From Candidatus Marsarchaeota archaeon (lineage in GTDB: Archaea > Micrarchaeota > Micrarchaeia > Micrarchaeales > Micrarchaeaceae): a DNA stretch of 55,539 bases. The notes below the pieces were generated by a model, which was not told the origin of the DNA, ran no database searches, and saw nothing but the letters and a program-made list of their open reading frames with translations. Below are positions 8,742 through 18,884 of the stretch, one piece after another (the first letter of the stretch is position 1; each line of letters opens with the position of its first letter). A program made the position numbers and the translations under genes. The stretch is taken from the NCBI GenBank assembly GCA_023380795.1, contig JAMCSF010000029.1, positions 1 to 55,539 of the forward strand. The letters are read 5' to 3'.

Positions 8742-10235
8742 ATGGTGAACAAAGCCGTAAGCTACATAATAGGGATAATAGTAATACTAGCAATAATATA
8801 CATAGCGATAGGATTGGTGACGCCAAGGCCGTCTGTTGTCACTACTACAATTTCGCCTTCGGTATCGTCTAACGGAACCGTGGCATTGATGCTGACTGAC
8901 CCTGCGCAGGTTCCTGCCGGTACGACCGCGCTAAATGTTACCTTCAGCGGCGCAAGGCTGCATGAAACCGGTGCTACCAATTCCTCAGGCTTCGTGGATA
9001 TAAATGCTTCCGGCACAATAAACCTGCTTTCGCTGCTTAACGTTTCCCAGACGCTAGGAGTAGCGTCGCTTAACAAAACCAAGTCTTATGACTCCATAGT
9101 TCTCAACGTGAGCTCTTCAACAATCACGATAAATGGCACTACCTACAACGTGACGCTGCCTTCAAACAAGCTTGACGTTCATGTCAGCAATGTCAACAGC
9201 ACGAGCGGCGCAGTTCTTGTGGATCTTTCGCCAACAATAGTACAGATAATATCTGTCAACCAGACAACATTTGTAATGGTGCCTTCGGTCAAGGCCGTAG
9301 TTGTGGGCTCCAGCAATGTCAACAGCACCTCAATACGCGTGGGAGCAAGGGCTAGGCTCAATACAGACATGCACGCCAAGCTATCGCTGGCAACGCCAAA
9401 TATATCCATAACAAGCGCAGAGCTCAACGAAGAGTCGAACCACACTGTCTTTAGCGTTACAGTAAAGAATTCTGGCAATTCTACAGCTTATGTGAACCAT
9501 ATACTGCTGTTCGGAATAATGGGTATGAATATGAGCACAGGCGCAGGCCTGCATGCAGCTATACAGCAGATTCCAGAGCCATATCTTATGCAGAGCGGCT
9601 TTGGCGGCATAGCATCGATAATAAGCGAGTACTCAAACAGCGGGCAAAACTTTAGCTCAATATTCAGCTCTCTGGCCAGTGAGTACGGGGTAAACCTAAG
9701 TTCATCCGCAAGGGCTGGCATATCTGCAGCGCTTTCGAGCCACAACCTTTCTCGTTTGCTTAGCCAAATTGCAAACAGCAGCATAAACATAACTGCGATA
9801 ACTTCAAATTCCTCTGCTTTCAACAAGGAATTTGGCCTCAACGTAAGCCAGTCGGAGTTCAATTCAATACGCTCGAACATGCAGAACAGGGTAAACCTAT
9901 CGGTCATGGAATCGATGCGCAACTTCAACATTACGAACCCAAGGCTGAAGGGGTTCATAAGCGCAGCAAACGCCTTCAACGGAAGATACCACAATATGCT
10001 AACCTTCATAATAAGCACGAACGGCACGCTGATGCTGCCATTCGACGCGAATGAGGCTGAAGGCCCGCAGGGATATGCAATAGCTCCTGGTTCCAGCGCC
10101 ACGTTCACATACAACGGAACGATATCGGTTGGCAACGGCAGGCTTGTGATAATGCCACTGGAGAATCAGACCTATTCTGTAAGAATAACAGGAGAGGCAG
10201 GTGCAGTCGCAACGTCAAATGTGATTGCAGGCTGA
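8742..10235 (+). CDS. DUF4382-like membrane-anchored surface protein
   Basis: N-terminal TM helix, LMLTDP motif, GTINLLSL, VLVDLSP; Ser/Asn-rich with many sequons. Confidence 0.75.
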   Translation: MVNKAVSYIIGIIVILAIIYIAIGLVTPRPSVVTTTISPSVSSNGTVALMLTDPAQVPAGTTALNVTFSGARLHETGATNSSGFVDINASGTINLLSLLNVSQTLGVASLNKTKSYDSIVLNVSSSTITINGTTYNVTLPSNKLDVHVSNVNSTSGAVLVDLSPTIVQIISVNQTTFVMVPSVKAVVVGSSNVNSTSIRVGARARLNTDMHAKLSLATPNISITSAELNEESNHTVFSVTVKNSGNSTAYVNHILLFGIMGMNMSTGAGLHAAIQQIPEPYLMQSGFGGIASIISEYSNSGQNFSSIFSSLASEYGVNLSSSARAGISAALSSHNLSRLLSQIANSSINITAITSNSSAFNKEFGLNVSQSEFNSIRSNMQNRVNLSVMESMRNFNITNPRLKGFISAANAFNGRYHNMLTFIISTNGTLMLPFDANEAEGPQGYAIAPGSSATFTYNGTISVGNGRLVIMPLENQTYSVRITGEAGAVATSNVIAG

Positions 10236-10260
10236 AATGCGCAATTGCACAGCCAAAGTT

Positions 10261-10291
10261 CGGCTAGCTCCACGAAAAGCGGAGCCAGCCG
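10261..10291 (+). terminator. GC-rich hairpin after the surface-protein gene
   Basis: CGGCTAGCTCC ... GGAGCCAGCCG, 10 of 11 pairs. Confidence 0.45.
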
Positions 10292-10360
10292 GGCCGTTTC
10301 TCTGCGATAGACATAAATCTATTCAGATACGAAAGCGCTTAAATAAAACAGAGTAAGAAC

Positions 10361-10990
10361 ATGGTATTTATAGTCATAGAGGGCATAGACGGCTCCGGAA
10401 AGACCACGCAGGCGAAGGCGCTGTGCAAAAGTTTGTCCAAGCTGGGATATGGCGTTGTTGAGGAAAGAGAGCCAACTGATGGGGCGATAGGGAAGTTCAT
10501 AAGGCAGGTGCTCGGGGAAAAAATTAAAATAGATCTGCTGTCTTTGCAGCTGCTTTTCGTGGCTGACAGGAACGAGCACGTAAAAGCAATCAAGCGCACT
10601 ATGGAAAGCTCCATAATAATATGCGACAGATATTATTATTCTACAATAGCGTACGGTGAGGCGTCAGGAATTGAAAGGAAATATCTGGAGGAAATGAACT
10701 CAATATTTCCAGCCCCGGACAAGACCTTTTTCATAAACTTGAGCCCTGAAAAAGCGGTAAAAAGGCTGGCTTCTTCGCGAACTGAAATGGAAATATTCGA
10801 GAAGCTCGACTTCATGGAAAGGATTTCAAAAGCATACTCAAAATTCAGAGAACCAAACATAGAGCGTGTAGACGGGGACGGTAAAATAGAGGAAGTCACT
10901 GAAAGGCTTCTATCTCGTACAAAAACTTTTCTGGAAGAGAGGGGTATAAAAGCGCGCGATAGGCCAAAGGCCGCCAGAACAAGAGGGTGA
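10361..10990 (+). CDS. tmk: Thymidylate kinase
   Basis: FIVIEGIDGSGKTT, REP, LFVADR, DRYYYSTIAY. Confidence 0.96.
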   Translation: MVFIVIEGIDGSGKTTQAKALCKSLSKLGYGVVEEREPTDGAIGKFIRQVLGEKIKIDLLSLQLLFVADRNEHVKAIKRTMESSIIICDRYYYSTIAYGEASGIERKYLEEMNSIFPAPDKTFFINLSPEKAVKRLASSRTEMEIFEKLDFMERISKAYSKFREPNIERVDGDGKIEEVTERLLSRTKTFLEERGIKARDRPKAARTRG

Positions 10991-10994
10991 GTCA

Positions 10995-11582
10995 ACGTCT
11001 TCAAAATACTATACTGGCTTGGGGGATAACAAAGAGACGTCTTTGGGCAACGTGCGCGCGATAAAGTCCGACCCAATATTCAACGCTGTCGGAGACATAG
11101 ACGAGCTGAATACAAAAATAGGCACGCTCATAGCGCTTCTGGGCAAAAGCAAAAATGAATATTTCATCAATCCAGACGGGAGCAGGCTGCAGCTAAAGGA
11201 TGCATTGTCGTCGATACAGAGCGACCTATTTTCCATCGGCGCAGACATTGCCTCTTCGGCTAACAATGTGTTCATTCCAAAAAGGCGCATAGGGAAAGAT
11301 GATGTGAAAAGGCTTGAGTCCTACGCCGATTTGATGTCAGCCTCATTTCCAGCCCTTGCGAGCTTCGTATTGCCCGGAGGCTGCATCGAAAGCGCTGCGG
11401 CGGACGAAGCCCGAGCAGTGGCAAGGAGAGCCGAAAGGTCTGTAGTCAACGCTGCAAACAGCTTCAAAATAGAAAACACTGAAATACTGGCTTACCTAAA
11501 CAGGCTTTCGTCCGTGCTCTTCGTAGCTGCCAGATTCATAAACAATGCGAACGGAGTCAGAGAGACTCCCCCAAACTACTGA
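10995..11582 (+). CDS. PduO-type ATP:cob(I)alamin adenosyltransferase; apparent ACG start
   Basis: KYYTGLGD, GDIDELN, IQSDLF, FVLPGG, ARAVARRAER, YLNRLS. The conserved N-terminal motif begins upstream of the track's TTG at 11019. Confidence 0.9.
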   Translation, partial: TSSKYYTGLGDNKETSLGNVRAIKSDPIFNAVGDIDELNTKIGTLIALLGKSKNEYFINPDGSRLQLKDALSSIQSDLFSIGADIASSANNVFIPKRRIGKDDVKRLESYADLMSASFPALASFVLPGGCIESAAADEARAVARRAERSVVNAANSFKIENTEILAYLNRLSSVLFVAARFINNANGVRETPPNY

Positions 11583-12062
11583 TCATTGGCCTTTGGGCAC
11601 ATTGAAATACTCTCTGAATTTCTGCGTGGTGGTTATCCTTTTAGTCCTGCCATAAGCCTCAGTCTTGACGAAGTCCTTTTCCTTGAGCTCCTTCATCTGC
11701 TCGTAAACCGAGGTTCCGAACGCCTTGACCAAATCGCTCTGCAGCATGGGCTCCTTTCTGCTTATGTAAGCCAGTATCCTGAGCGCAGACTTGGATATCT
11801 CAGGCGCCCCTGCTAGGCTGTTGACTTTAGAAGCGTACGGCTCCTTAAGGGTCAGCATGTACTTGCCGCCTATCGTGGCGACTGCCAGCGCGTTGTCGCT
11901 TGCGGAATACTTTTCCATCAGCTTTTTTACCAGCCCCTCAACGTATCCCTTTGAGGCTATGCCGCTCGCTTCTGCCAGCTCATCGATGCTCACGGCCCTG
12001 CCGGTGACGAACAGCACTGCCTCGATAAGCTTCATGCTTTCGCTTTCGGAATTTTCAGGCAT
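11583..12062 (-). CDS. scpB: SMC-Scp complex subunit ScpB
   Basis: IEAVLFV, ALRILAYI..EP..QS, TTQKFREYF. Confidence 0.92.
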   Translation of the reverse strand: MPENSESESMKLIEAVLFVTGRAVSIDELAEASGIASKGYVEGLVKKLMEKYSASDNALAVATIGGKYMLTLKEPYASKVNSLAGAPEISKSALRILAYISRKEPMLQSDLVKAFGTSVYEQMKELKEKDFVKTEAYGRTKRITTTQKFREYFNVPKGQ

Positions 12063-12813
12063 CAGTTCTCACCGCCTTTTTTGGTGCCTCCATCTCTCGC
12101 CTTATTATCTTTATCATTATCTCCCCAAAAAACTCCTCCTGTGACATGGCTATTGCGCCGCTGTTGTGCAGATACAGGAGAGGTACGAAAAAATCCATTA
12201 GCATGCCATAGCCGTCCGGGAAATACCTCTTGACGGAATTGAAAGAGGTTATGCCGTACTTGTCCGAATTGTCGGAGACAAGCTTGAGCACTTCTTCTAT
12301 CTTCTTGTCTATGTCCTCAATTTCTATGTTGAGCTCTATCGGCTCCGCGAAAAACCTTTCCCTTTCAACACGCTTTGCCTCTACCTTTATCGCGTCGTCG
12401 AGAGCAGCCACGAGCTGCTCCAGGGTTATCCTGCCCTGTGGTTGGTGCCTTGTCCTTGGCACAAGCTCTTCGACCTCCGGCCTCTCCCTAACCTGCTGTT
12501 CTCCTTCCTGGTAAAATTCTTCTGCCAGCTCTTCGAAAAACTTCATCGTGTCGCTCTTGATGCGGAGCAGCACCGAAGCAGCGAAGATGACGTTTGCTGG
12601 CATGAAAAGGTCAAGGAGCTTCATCTTGTTTATGGTCTCGACATACGAATCTACGATCTTGGTTATGTCTATGTTCCAAGGGTCCAGCTTGTTGGTTTCG
12701 ACCAGCATTATTATTAGTTCCTTCCATGTTGCGTTGCCTACAAGTTCCACTATGTCGAAGCCGTCTTCGGTGGCGTAGCTCTCTATGGATTCCGATCGCT
12801 TTATTATCTCCAT
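12055..12813 (-). CDS. scpA: Kleisin ScpA
   Basis: LDPWNIDI, ASVLLRIKS, ITLEQLV.AL, FVPLLYL, QEEFFGEI; overlaps scpB. Confidence 0.92.
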   Translation of the reverse strand: MEIIKRSESIESYATEDGFDIVELVGNATWKELIIMLVETNKLDPWNIDITKIVDSYVETINKMKLLDLFMPANVIFAASVLLRIKSDTMKFFEELAEEFYQEGEQQVRERPEVEELVPRTRHQPQGRITLEQLVAALDDAIKVEAKRVERERFFAEPIELNIEIEDIDKKIEEVLKLVSDNSDKYGITSFNSVKRYFPDGYGMLMDFFVPLLYLHNSGAIAMSQEEFFGEIMIKIIRREMEAPKKAVRTDA

Positions 12814-12929
12814 CGGGTCATCACAGGTCTGGTCAATTGCTATTGTGATTCAGTATATAAAAACATTATGCTGCCAGTGCCGCGCATGCGTTCCATCGTT
12901 ATATAAAATGTTTGATATAAAAGTTAAGT

Positions 12930-13952
12930 GTGGCTTTCCAAAACGTCAAAAGCGGCCCGGCATCTATGGCTTTAGCGGAGCTTTTGGCAAACATCGCGCT
13001 CACGATAATACTCTCCCTGGCAATAGGCTTTGCCATAATATGGGTTATAACGTTTTACCTTGGGCTCTCAATATACGAAACGCTATTCGTAGCGGCCGCA
13101 GTGTTCATTTTCCAATTTTATGTCTCTCCGAAGCTCATAATCTCGGCAACAAAGCTCAGGTATGTGGGAAAGGAGGAATACCCTCAATTGCAGGAGATGG
13201 TACTTGAACTTTCCAAGGAATATGAGGTTAAGCCCCCCAAGCTTGCAATAGCTCCTGCCAGGGAGCCAAACGCTTTCGTATTCGGCCGCACTGTGCGCGA
13301 TCCGACAATGGTGATACACGAAGGCCTTCTCTCTGGGCTGAGCGCGGATGAGACCAGGGCCGTCCTTGTCCATGAGCTGGCACACATAAAGCACGGCGAC
13401 TTTGCCGTGATGACGTTCACGTCTTTCGTGCCGATGCTTGCATATATCATTGCGAGAGACGTGCTTTGGACCAGCTTCTTCGACGACAACAAGAACGCGG
13501 CATCATATATGATATTATTCGGCATCCTGGCATTTGTTGTGTACTTCGTATCCGAGCTCATAGTGCTGCCGGTTTCCATGCGAAGAGAGTCATATGCCGA
13601 TCTCTATTGCGCAGAGAGCACGCGCAAGCCTGAAAACCTGGCAAGGGCGCTGTACAAAATATCCTACTCCAATTTCAAGACGAAAAACGGCTCCAAGAGT
13701 GCAACTTCAGCCCGCGCATTCTACATAATCGACTTCTTCAACGTAGACAAGGACATGTGGGAACTTAAGAACCACTATGAGCAGCTTAAGGGCATAGTCC
13801 CTGGGATGGACATAAGCACGGTAATAAATGCCGAAAGGCAGTCTCGCAACGGGCTTCTCGGCATGCTGAATTCGATGATCTCTACCCACCCGCAGACATA
13901 CAGGCGCATAATGTCCCTTGCAAAAGAGAAGAGAGAAATCGAAAGCGCATGA
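12930..13952 (+). CDS. htpX: HtpX-like M48 membrane zinc metalloprotease
   Basis: PNAF, HELAHIKHGD, RESYAD, LARALYKI, STHP. Confidence 0.92.
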   Translation: MAFQNVKSGPASMALAELLANIALTIILSLAIGFAIIWVITFYLGLSIYETLFVAAAVFIFQFYVSPKLIISATKLRYVGKEEYPQLQEMVLELSKEYEVKPPKLAIAPAREPNAFVFGRTVRDPTMVIHEGLLSGLSADETRAVLVHELAHIKHGDFAVMTFTSFVPMLAYIIARDVLWTSFFDDNKNAASYMILFGILAFVVYFVSELIVLPVSMRRESYADLYCAESTRKPENLARALYKISYSNFKTKNGSKSATSARAFYIIDFFNVDKDMWELKNHYEQLKGIVPGMDISTVINAERQSRNGLLGMLNSMISTHPQTYRRIMSLAKEKREIESA

Positions 13953-13956
13953 CGGT

Positions 13957-15015
13957 TCATTTCTTCGCGGAATCAGCCTTTGCGTCTACCACTATCTCTA
14001 TCTCGTCCTTGGAATAAGGCCTCACCGTTCGCACTCCTATTAGCGCGAAATCCCTTTTCTCTTCGCGGAAGCGAGCTGCCATTCTGGCGACCGCTTCGTC
14101 TACCTCGCCTGCGTCGCAGAAAGAATATATGTGAAACGTGGCAGAGCCTTTGGCTATGGTGCATGCGGCCTTTATAAAATCAAGGCTTGTCTTTGGCATT
14201 GGCATAACTACTCTGTCTGCAAAGCCCCTGTGCATTGCGGCCAGCTTTCCGAAGTCGCCATTGTAAGCCCTTACGTTTGCGGCCTTGTTAAGCCTTATGT
14301 TCTTCAGCATGTAACCGTACGCGCTAGGGTTGAGCTCGATTGCCAGAACGCTTGCCCTAGGGTGGCTTTTTGCTATCTCTATGGCGAACGGCCCGACCCC
14401 TGCGAACGGCACAGCAACGTTTTCTCCGTCTTTAACAAGCTTCGATATCCTGGACCTTTCATAGGACAGCCTTGGGGAGAAGAAAACCCTCCTTACGTCG
14501 AATATGAAGCCGCACCCGTTCTCCCTGTAATTTGCCATATACGTGCGCTTGCCTGCCACGTATCTGACGCTCCTTGTCCTGTATACCCCTTTGACAGGGC
14601 CGCTTTTAGCCAGGACTGTCGTAATCGTGCTGCTGCCCTCTATCAGGGCCCTGCCTATCTCGGCTTCTTTGGGCTTCAGCCTGTCGGAGAGCTCTATTAT
14701 CGCTATGCTGCCGAAGGGGTCATAGCCTCTGGCAAGCTCTCCTCTTTCTTCCTGGCTTAGTATCTTTCCCAGGGTTTCCTCGTAATTCGGCTTCCTTCCG
14801 CTCTTTTCCCGTGCGGCTTCGCGCTCCTTTATGCTGGCATCTATAGAATCGGCGAAATGTGCAAGGTTTTTATTACTTGCTGGATAAATAGTAAGTGGAA
14901 AATATACGTAGCGTGCGCTATGAAGCACTTTGAAGCCGCTCGCGAGCATGTTGTTCTTGGAAAGGAACGATTTTGCAGCCTGGGCGTATTTCCTCCTGAC
15001 TTCCAAGTATTGCAT
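13957..15015 (-). CDS. trm5: Trm5-family tRNA (m1G37) methyltransferase
   Basis: YDPFGSIAII, FFSPRLSYERSRI, PFAGVGPF, IELNP, NIRLNK, RVVMPMP. Confidence 0.88.
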   Translation of the reverse strand: MQYLEVRRKYAQAAKSFLSKNNMLASGFKVLHSARYVYFPLTIYPASNKNLAHFADSIDASIKEREAAREKSGRKPNYEETLGKILSQEERGELARGYDPFGSIAIIELSDRLKPKEAEIGRALIEGSSTITTVLAKSGPVKGVYRTRSVRYVAGKRTYMANYRENGCGFIFDVRRVFFSPRLSYERSRISKLVKDGENVAVPFAGVGPFAIEIAKSHPRASVLAIELNPSAYGYMLKNIRLNKAANVRAYNGDFGKLAAMHRGFADRVVMPMPKTSLDFIKAACTIAKGSATFHIYSFCDAGEVDEAVARMAARFREEKRDFALIGVRTVRPYSKDEIEIVVDAKADSAKK

Positions 15016-15095
15016 GTGCACACATCTCACGTCTATGATTGTCCAAGGAAATAATTATAAATTACAGCATATAAATTTAATGGCAAGTGAAGTTC

Positions 15096-15548
15096 ATGTA
15101 TTTCGTAGTCAAAGTAACATCGGGTCAGGAGAGGATCGTGGCCAACATGCTGCAGAGCAAGGCGGCCAAGGGCGACCAGAAAGTGTACTCGATGATGATA
15201 GTCGAGGGCATGCGCGGCTATATAATAATAGAAGCCGAGGACGAGCTGGCCTGCAGGGAGTTTGTGAGCAAGGAGCACAACGTCAGGGGCGTGCTGTCTA
15301 AGCCGCTGACTCAAGAAGAGATAGACAAGCTGGTGAGCATGCCGAGCAAGGCACAGGACATACAGAAAGGAGACACTGTAGAGTTCAACACAGGTCCGTT
15401 CAAGGGCTACAAGGCAAAGGTCCTCAAGATAGACGATACGAAGAACGACATGACTGTGGAATTGATGGACGTGGTTGTTCCGATACCGATAACCACAAAG
15501 ATAAGTACTGCTAAAGTTATACAAAAAGCAAAGAACGACGAGGAATGA
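15096..15548 (+). CDS. spt5: Transcription elongation factor Spt5 (NusG family)
   Basis: VTSGQE, RGYIIIEA, KOW motif GDTVEFNTGPFKG, VPIPIT; upstream of rpl11. Confidence 0.97.
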   Translation: MYFVVKVTSGQERIVANMLQSKAAKGDQKVYSMMIVEGMRGYIIIEAEDELACREFVSKEHNVRGVLSKPLTQEEIDKLVSMPSKAQDIQKGDTVEFNTGPFKGYKAKVLKIDDTKNDMTVELMDVVVPIPITTKISTAKVIQKAKNDEE

Positions 15549-15552
15549 GCGA

Positions 15553-16020
15553 ATGAGCGAAGTTACAATAAATGGATTGATTGAGGGAGGCAAGGCAACG
15601 GGAGGGCCGCCATTTGGCCCGGCACTGGGCCCGCTGGGAGTCAACATAAACGCAATAATAACGGAAATAAACAAGAAGACCGAAGGATTTTCGGGCATAA
15701 AAGTGCCAGTAAAGGTAATAGTGGATTCCGTTACAAAGTCCTTCAAGGTAGAGATAGGCGCACCTCCTACAAGCGCGCTAATACTCAAGGAGATAGGCGT
15801 AGCTGCGGGTGCGAAGGCCAAGGACGAAATCGTAGGCAACATATCTTTGGAGCAGGTAAAAAAGATAGCCAAATCCAAGGAGGCAAAGCTATATGGCAAA
15901 AGCATAGCAGAGCGCGTCAATCAGGTGCTCGGCACGTGCAAGAGCATGGGAGTGAATTGCGAGAACGAAAATCCGAAGGCCATAATAGCAAGGATAAAAT
16001 CCGGAGAGATAAAGCTCTGA
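15553..16020 (+). CDS. rpl11: 50S ribosomal protein uL11
   Basis: GGKATGGPPFGPALGPLGVN, PPTSALI, GTCKSMG. Confidence 0.98.
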   Translation: MSEVTINGLIEGGKATGGPPFGPALGPLGVNINAIITEINKKTEGFSGIKVPVKVIVDSVTKSFKVEIGAPPTSALILKEIGVAAGAKAKDEIVGNISLEQVKKIAKSKEAKLYGKSIAERVNQVLGTCKSMGVNCENENPKAIIARIKSGEIKL

Positions 16021-16070
16021 ACGAGCTTTCTCTCAAGGGTGGCTTTTCTATTCCTTCCGGGACCGAGCTC

Positions 16071-16724
16071 ATGAGGCTGTATAACCTCATGAGATCCAGG
16101 TTCGGCTTCCTCAACTGGTGGCCAGGGGATACCGAAGACGAGATTTTCATAGGGGCCATACTGACCCAGCAAACCACATGGTCCAACGTGGAGAAGGCAA
16201 TATCAAACCTCAGGGAGTCGCAGGCTTTGAGCGTAAGCGCGCTTTCAGGCATGGAAGCGGCCGAAATAGAAAGGCTGGTCAAGCCCAGCGGCTACTACAG
16301 GCAGAAGGCAAACAGGCTAAAGTCACTTTCCTCAACCATAATTTCGGAGCACGGCTCACTCGACGGCCTATTGAGCCTTAGCCCAAAAGCCCTAAGGGAA
16401 ACACTCATAAAGATGAAAGGAATAGGGCCTGAAACTGCCGATTCAATAATGCTGTACGCCGCAGGAAAGCCATCTTTCGTCATAGACGCTTATACAAAGA
16501 GGATAATGCACAGGATATTCGGCACTCCGCTGAGCATTGATTACGACAGCCTAAAGGCAGTATTCGAATCGGCACTGCCCAAAAAACTGGAACTGTACAA
16601 AGATTTCCACGCGCAGTTCGTGGAATTGGGGAAGAGGTACTGCAAAACGAAACCTGAGTGCGGAGAATGCCCTGCGGCTCTGCTGTGCCTATACTCAAAT
16701 CATGGCTTTTCAGCATTTGCCTAA
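16071..16724 (+). CDS. HhH-GPD / endonuclease III-related DNA glycosylase with 4Fe-4S motif
   Basis: WWP, GAILTQQTTWSNV, GYYRQKA, KGIGPETADSI, VIDAYT, CKTKPECGECPAALLC. Start uncertain. Confidence 0.92.
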   Translation: MRLYNLMRSRFGFLNWWPGDTEDEIFIGAILTQQTTWSNVEKAISNLRESQALSVSALSGMEAAEIERLVKPSGYYRQKANRLKSLSSTIISEHGSLDGLLSLSPKALRETLIKMKGIGPETADSIMLYAAGKPSFVIDAYTKRIMHRIFGTPLSIDYDSLKAVFESALPKKLELYKDFHAQFVELGKRYCKTKPECGECPAALLCLYSNHGFSAFA

Positions 16725-16812
16725 GAGCTGCCAAACTCCAAAACGCCAAAAAGAGAGCACAGCGATAATATATAAATATTACATGCGTGCATAATCATTT
16801 ATAGGTGAATCA

Positions 16813-18786
16813 ATGCCGATAACGATAGCAGCGAAGAGTCATAAATATTATAACAAAGCCTTAATAAATTCAGCCAATCTGGCGCAAACCGTTGAGCAAG
16901 TGCTAAAGCCGCACGACAACGAGCCAGCATACAAGGCCATAAAAATGGAGGAAGCCGCAGGCCAGATAAAGGGCCTTGGACAGCAGGTATTCGGCGAGGC
17001 CATAGATGCGCGTGGAATCAAGTCAGAGACGGAAAAACTCAGGGAACTCTACACTGCAGCGGAGAAAATATCATCCATTAATAAAAATCCGAGCCAGAAA
17101 AAGTACTCTGCAACGGAAATAAACGCGGCCAAAAAGGAAATAAACGATGCCCGCGACGTTTTGGACATAGCGAAGGATACGGCAAGCAAGTACGTAAAGC
17201 CGCAGTACAGCGCAAGGCAGTATAACAATGATCCATATCTGGTTATAAATACTTATATAGACTACCTACAAGCAAAATACGGAAAGGAAAAGGACGTTTT
17301 TGAGCAGGCAAGGTACGACCAGAAAAATGCGGCCAATTACCATCTCGTAGATAAGGATCCTTCAAAAGATCTCATAAACAAGATGGAAGCCGACGCGATG
17401 AAGGAAATAAACAACAGGCTGGCATCCAAAGTAGGGAGCATAAAAACCTTGGAAAACAAGTACGACGAATTCAAAGGCGTATCAGATTTCCTCTACACTT
17501 ACATAAAAGGCTTGAATCTCACAGACTCAAAAGGCATAGGCGTGCCATTGTCAATGGACAGGACTACGGCTGAAGCCCCAAAGAAATTCTGGAGCAAGGT
17601 AAATGAAGTGGAATCAAAGCTCAATGTCACCGAGGCAATGAAAAAGAATCCGGACTATCTGAAGGCCGAAGCCTATTCGCAGTTTTTCTCAGGAGACCAA
17701 ATGAATTCAATGATAGCCGCAAGCTTGGCGGATCCAAACTCTGCAGAGCTCACGCGCCAGCTAACTGACATGGCGTCTAACTACCATGTAAAGGGCCTCA
17801 AAAAGAAAATGGTTAGGATGAGGAAGGAATACAAGGAATTCCTCAAGGACAGCGATGTGCAGGCAGTCGCAGAAATACTTAAAACAGCGGTAAAGCTCGG
17901 AAGCACCAAAAACAGCTGGTTTGGCGCTGCAAGGGAAAAGGAATACGATGCCCTTGTAAAACGCAACGCAGATCTGTTCCTTAAAAAGGATTCGAAAGGA
18001 TATACAGAATTCCAGAAGATTGCTGCAAGCATAATAACCTACGGGGCGGCTTTCGGGGCGCTCAGGGAAATGACAACTCTCGGCACGAAGAACGTAGCGG
18101 CTGACAAGCTGAAGAAGGACAGGCTCGAAATTGTCAACAAGATGAAAGAAAGCGCTTTGAAAGGAGAGATATACAACGAATACATAAGCGAGCTTGAGTT
18201 TGTAAAGGCTTCGGCAAAGGCTCAGCCGTCAATGGACCAGGCAGTCATGACCACCATGGGTTATTCAAAAATAACAGACCTGCTAGACAACACCAAAACG
18301 TTGAGCATTTCAAGCCTTTCGAAGGCAGAGCAGGACGAATTTGAAAAGGCCAAGAAGAGGATCGAAGACGCAGTTGCCGCAAACCAGCAGGTCAGCGCAA
18401 TAGATGCGTTTTCGGTAATAAAATACGGCAACAAGGCGCTGCTGATGCAGTTCGACAACCTGCTTCCGGCAAAGTCGCGCACATCGATAAAAATGGCACT
18501 TGCTAACCAGTTCGATGGGATAGACGTTTCAGCGAAGGACGCAGCGGAAAAGCTCGAAAAGGCTCGCGCATCGTTCCTGACCTCGGTGCTTTTCGAAGGC
18601 TCTAATGCATCGGTAACGAAATCCTTAAAGAATGCATTCGGGTCTGCGGAATACAAGAAGGTCAAAAAGACCCTTCTTGATGCATACGGAAACGATTTTG
18701 CTGGCTACACGGATGCAAGTTGGAGCTACGTAAACGACTCCCTGAAAAAGGCGTGCGGCTCATTGCAGAGCGTTACATTCGTCTGA
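16813..18786 (+). CDS. Large Lys/Ala/Glu-rich helical hypothetical protein (657 aa)
   Basis: Long ORF with GGTGA RBS, no TM segment and no recognisable motif. Confidence 0.85.
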   Translation: MPITIAAKSHKYYNKALINSANLAQTVEQVLKPHDNEPAYKAIKMEEAAGQIKGLGQQVFGEAIDARGIKSETEKLRELYTAAEKISSINKNPSQKKYSATEINAAKKEINDARDVLDIAKDTASKYVKPQYSARQYNNDPYLVINTYIDYLQAKYGKEKDVFEQARYDQKNAANYHLVDKDPSKDLINKMEADAMKEINNRLASKVGSIKTLENKYDEFKGVSDFLYTYIKGLNLTDSKGIGVPLSMDRTTAEAPKKFWSKVNEVESKLNVTEAMKKNPDYLKAEAYSQFFSGDQMNSMIAASLADPNSAELTRQLTDMASNYHVKGLKKKMVRMRKEYKEFLKDSDVQAVAEILKTAVKLGSTKNSWFGAAREKEYDALVKRNADLFLKKDSKGYTEFQKIAASIITYGAAFGALREMTTLGTKNVAADKLKKDRLEIVNKMKESALKGEIYNEYISELEFVKASAKAQPSMDQAVMTTMGYSKITDLLDNTKTLSISSLSKAEQDEFEKAKKRIEDAVAANQQVSAIDAFSVIKYGNKALLMQFDNLLPAKSRTSIKMALANQFDGIDVSAKDAAEKLEKARASFLTSVLFEGSNASVTKSLKNAFGSAEYKKVKKTLLDAYGNDFAGYTDASWSYVNDSLKKACGSLQSVTFV

Positions 18787-18884
18787 CTGCAGAAACGGCA
18801 TTATGAAGTTTGGGGCATTCTGCCCCTATTATTTTCATCAATTATTTTTGTCCAGTCAAGGCAGCGCAGATCGGGCAACCCGTC

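Noticed and set aside
11583-12813. Wadjet/Mks-type defence system
   Set aside because: Ordinary ScpA/ScpB motifs, no JetC/JetD neighbours; smc is often unlinked in archaea.
15033-15920. 295-aa antisense ORF
   Set aside because: Shadow of spt5 and rpl11 with no motifs. The same applies to other antisense or out-of-frame track ORFs such as 9488-10135, 14131-14760, 30077-30916, 31508-32155, 48565-49266 and 49988-50641.
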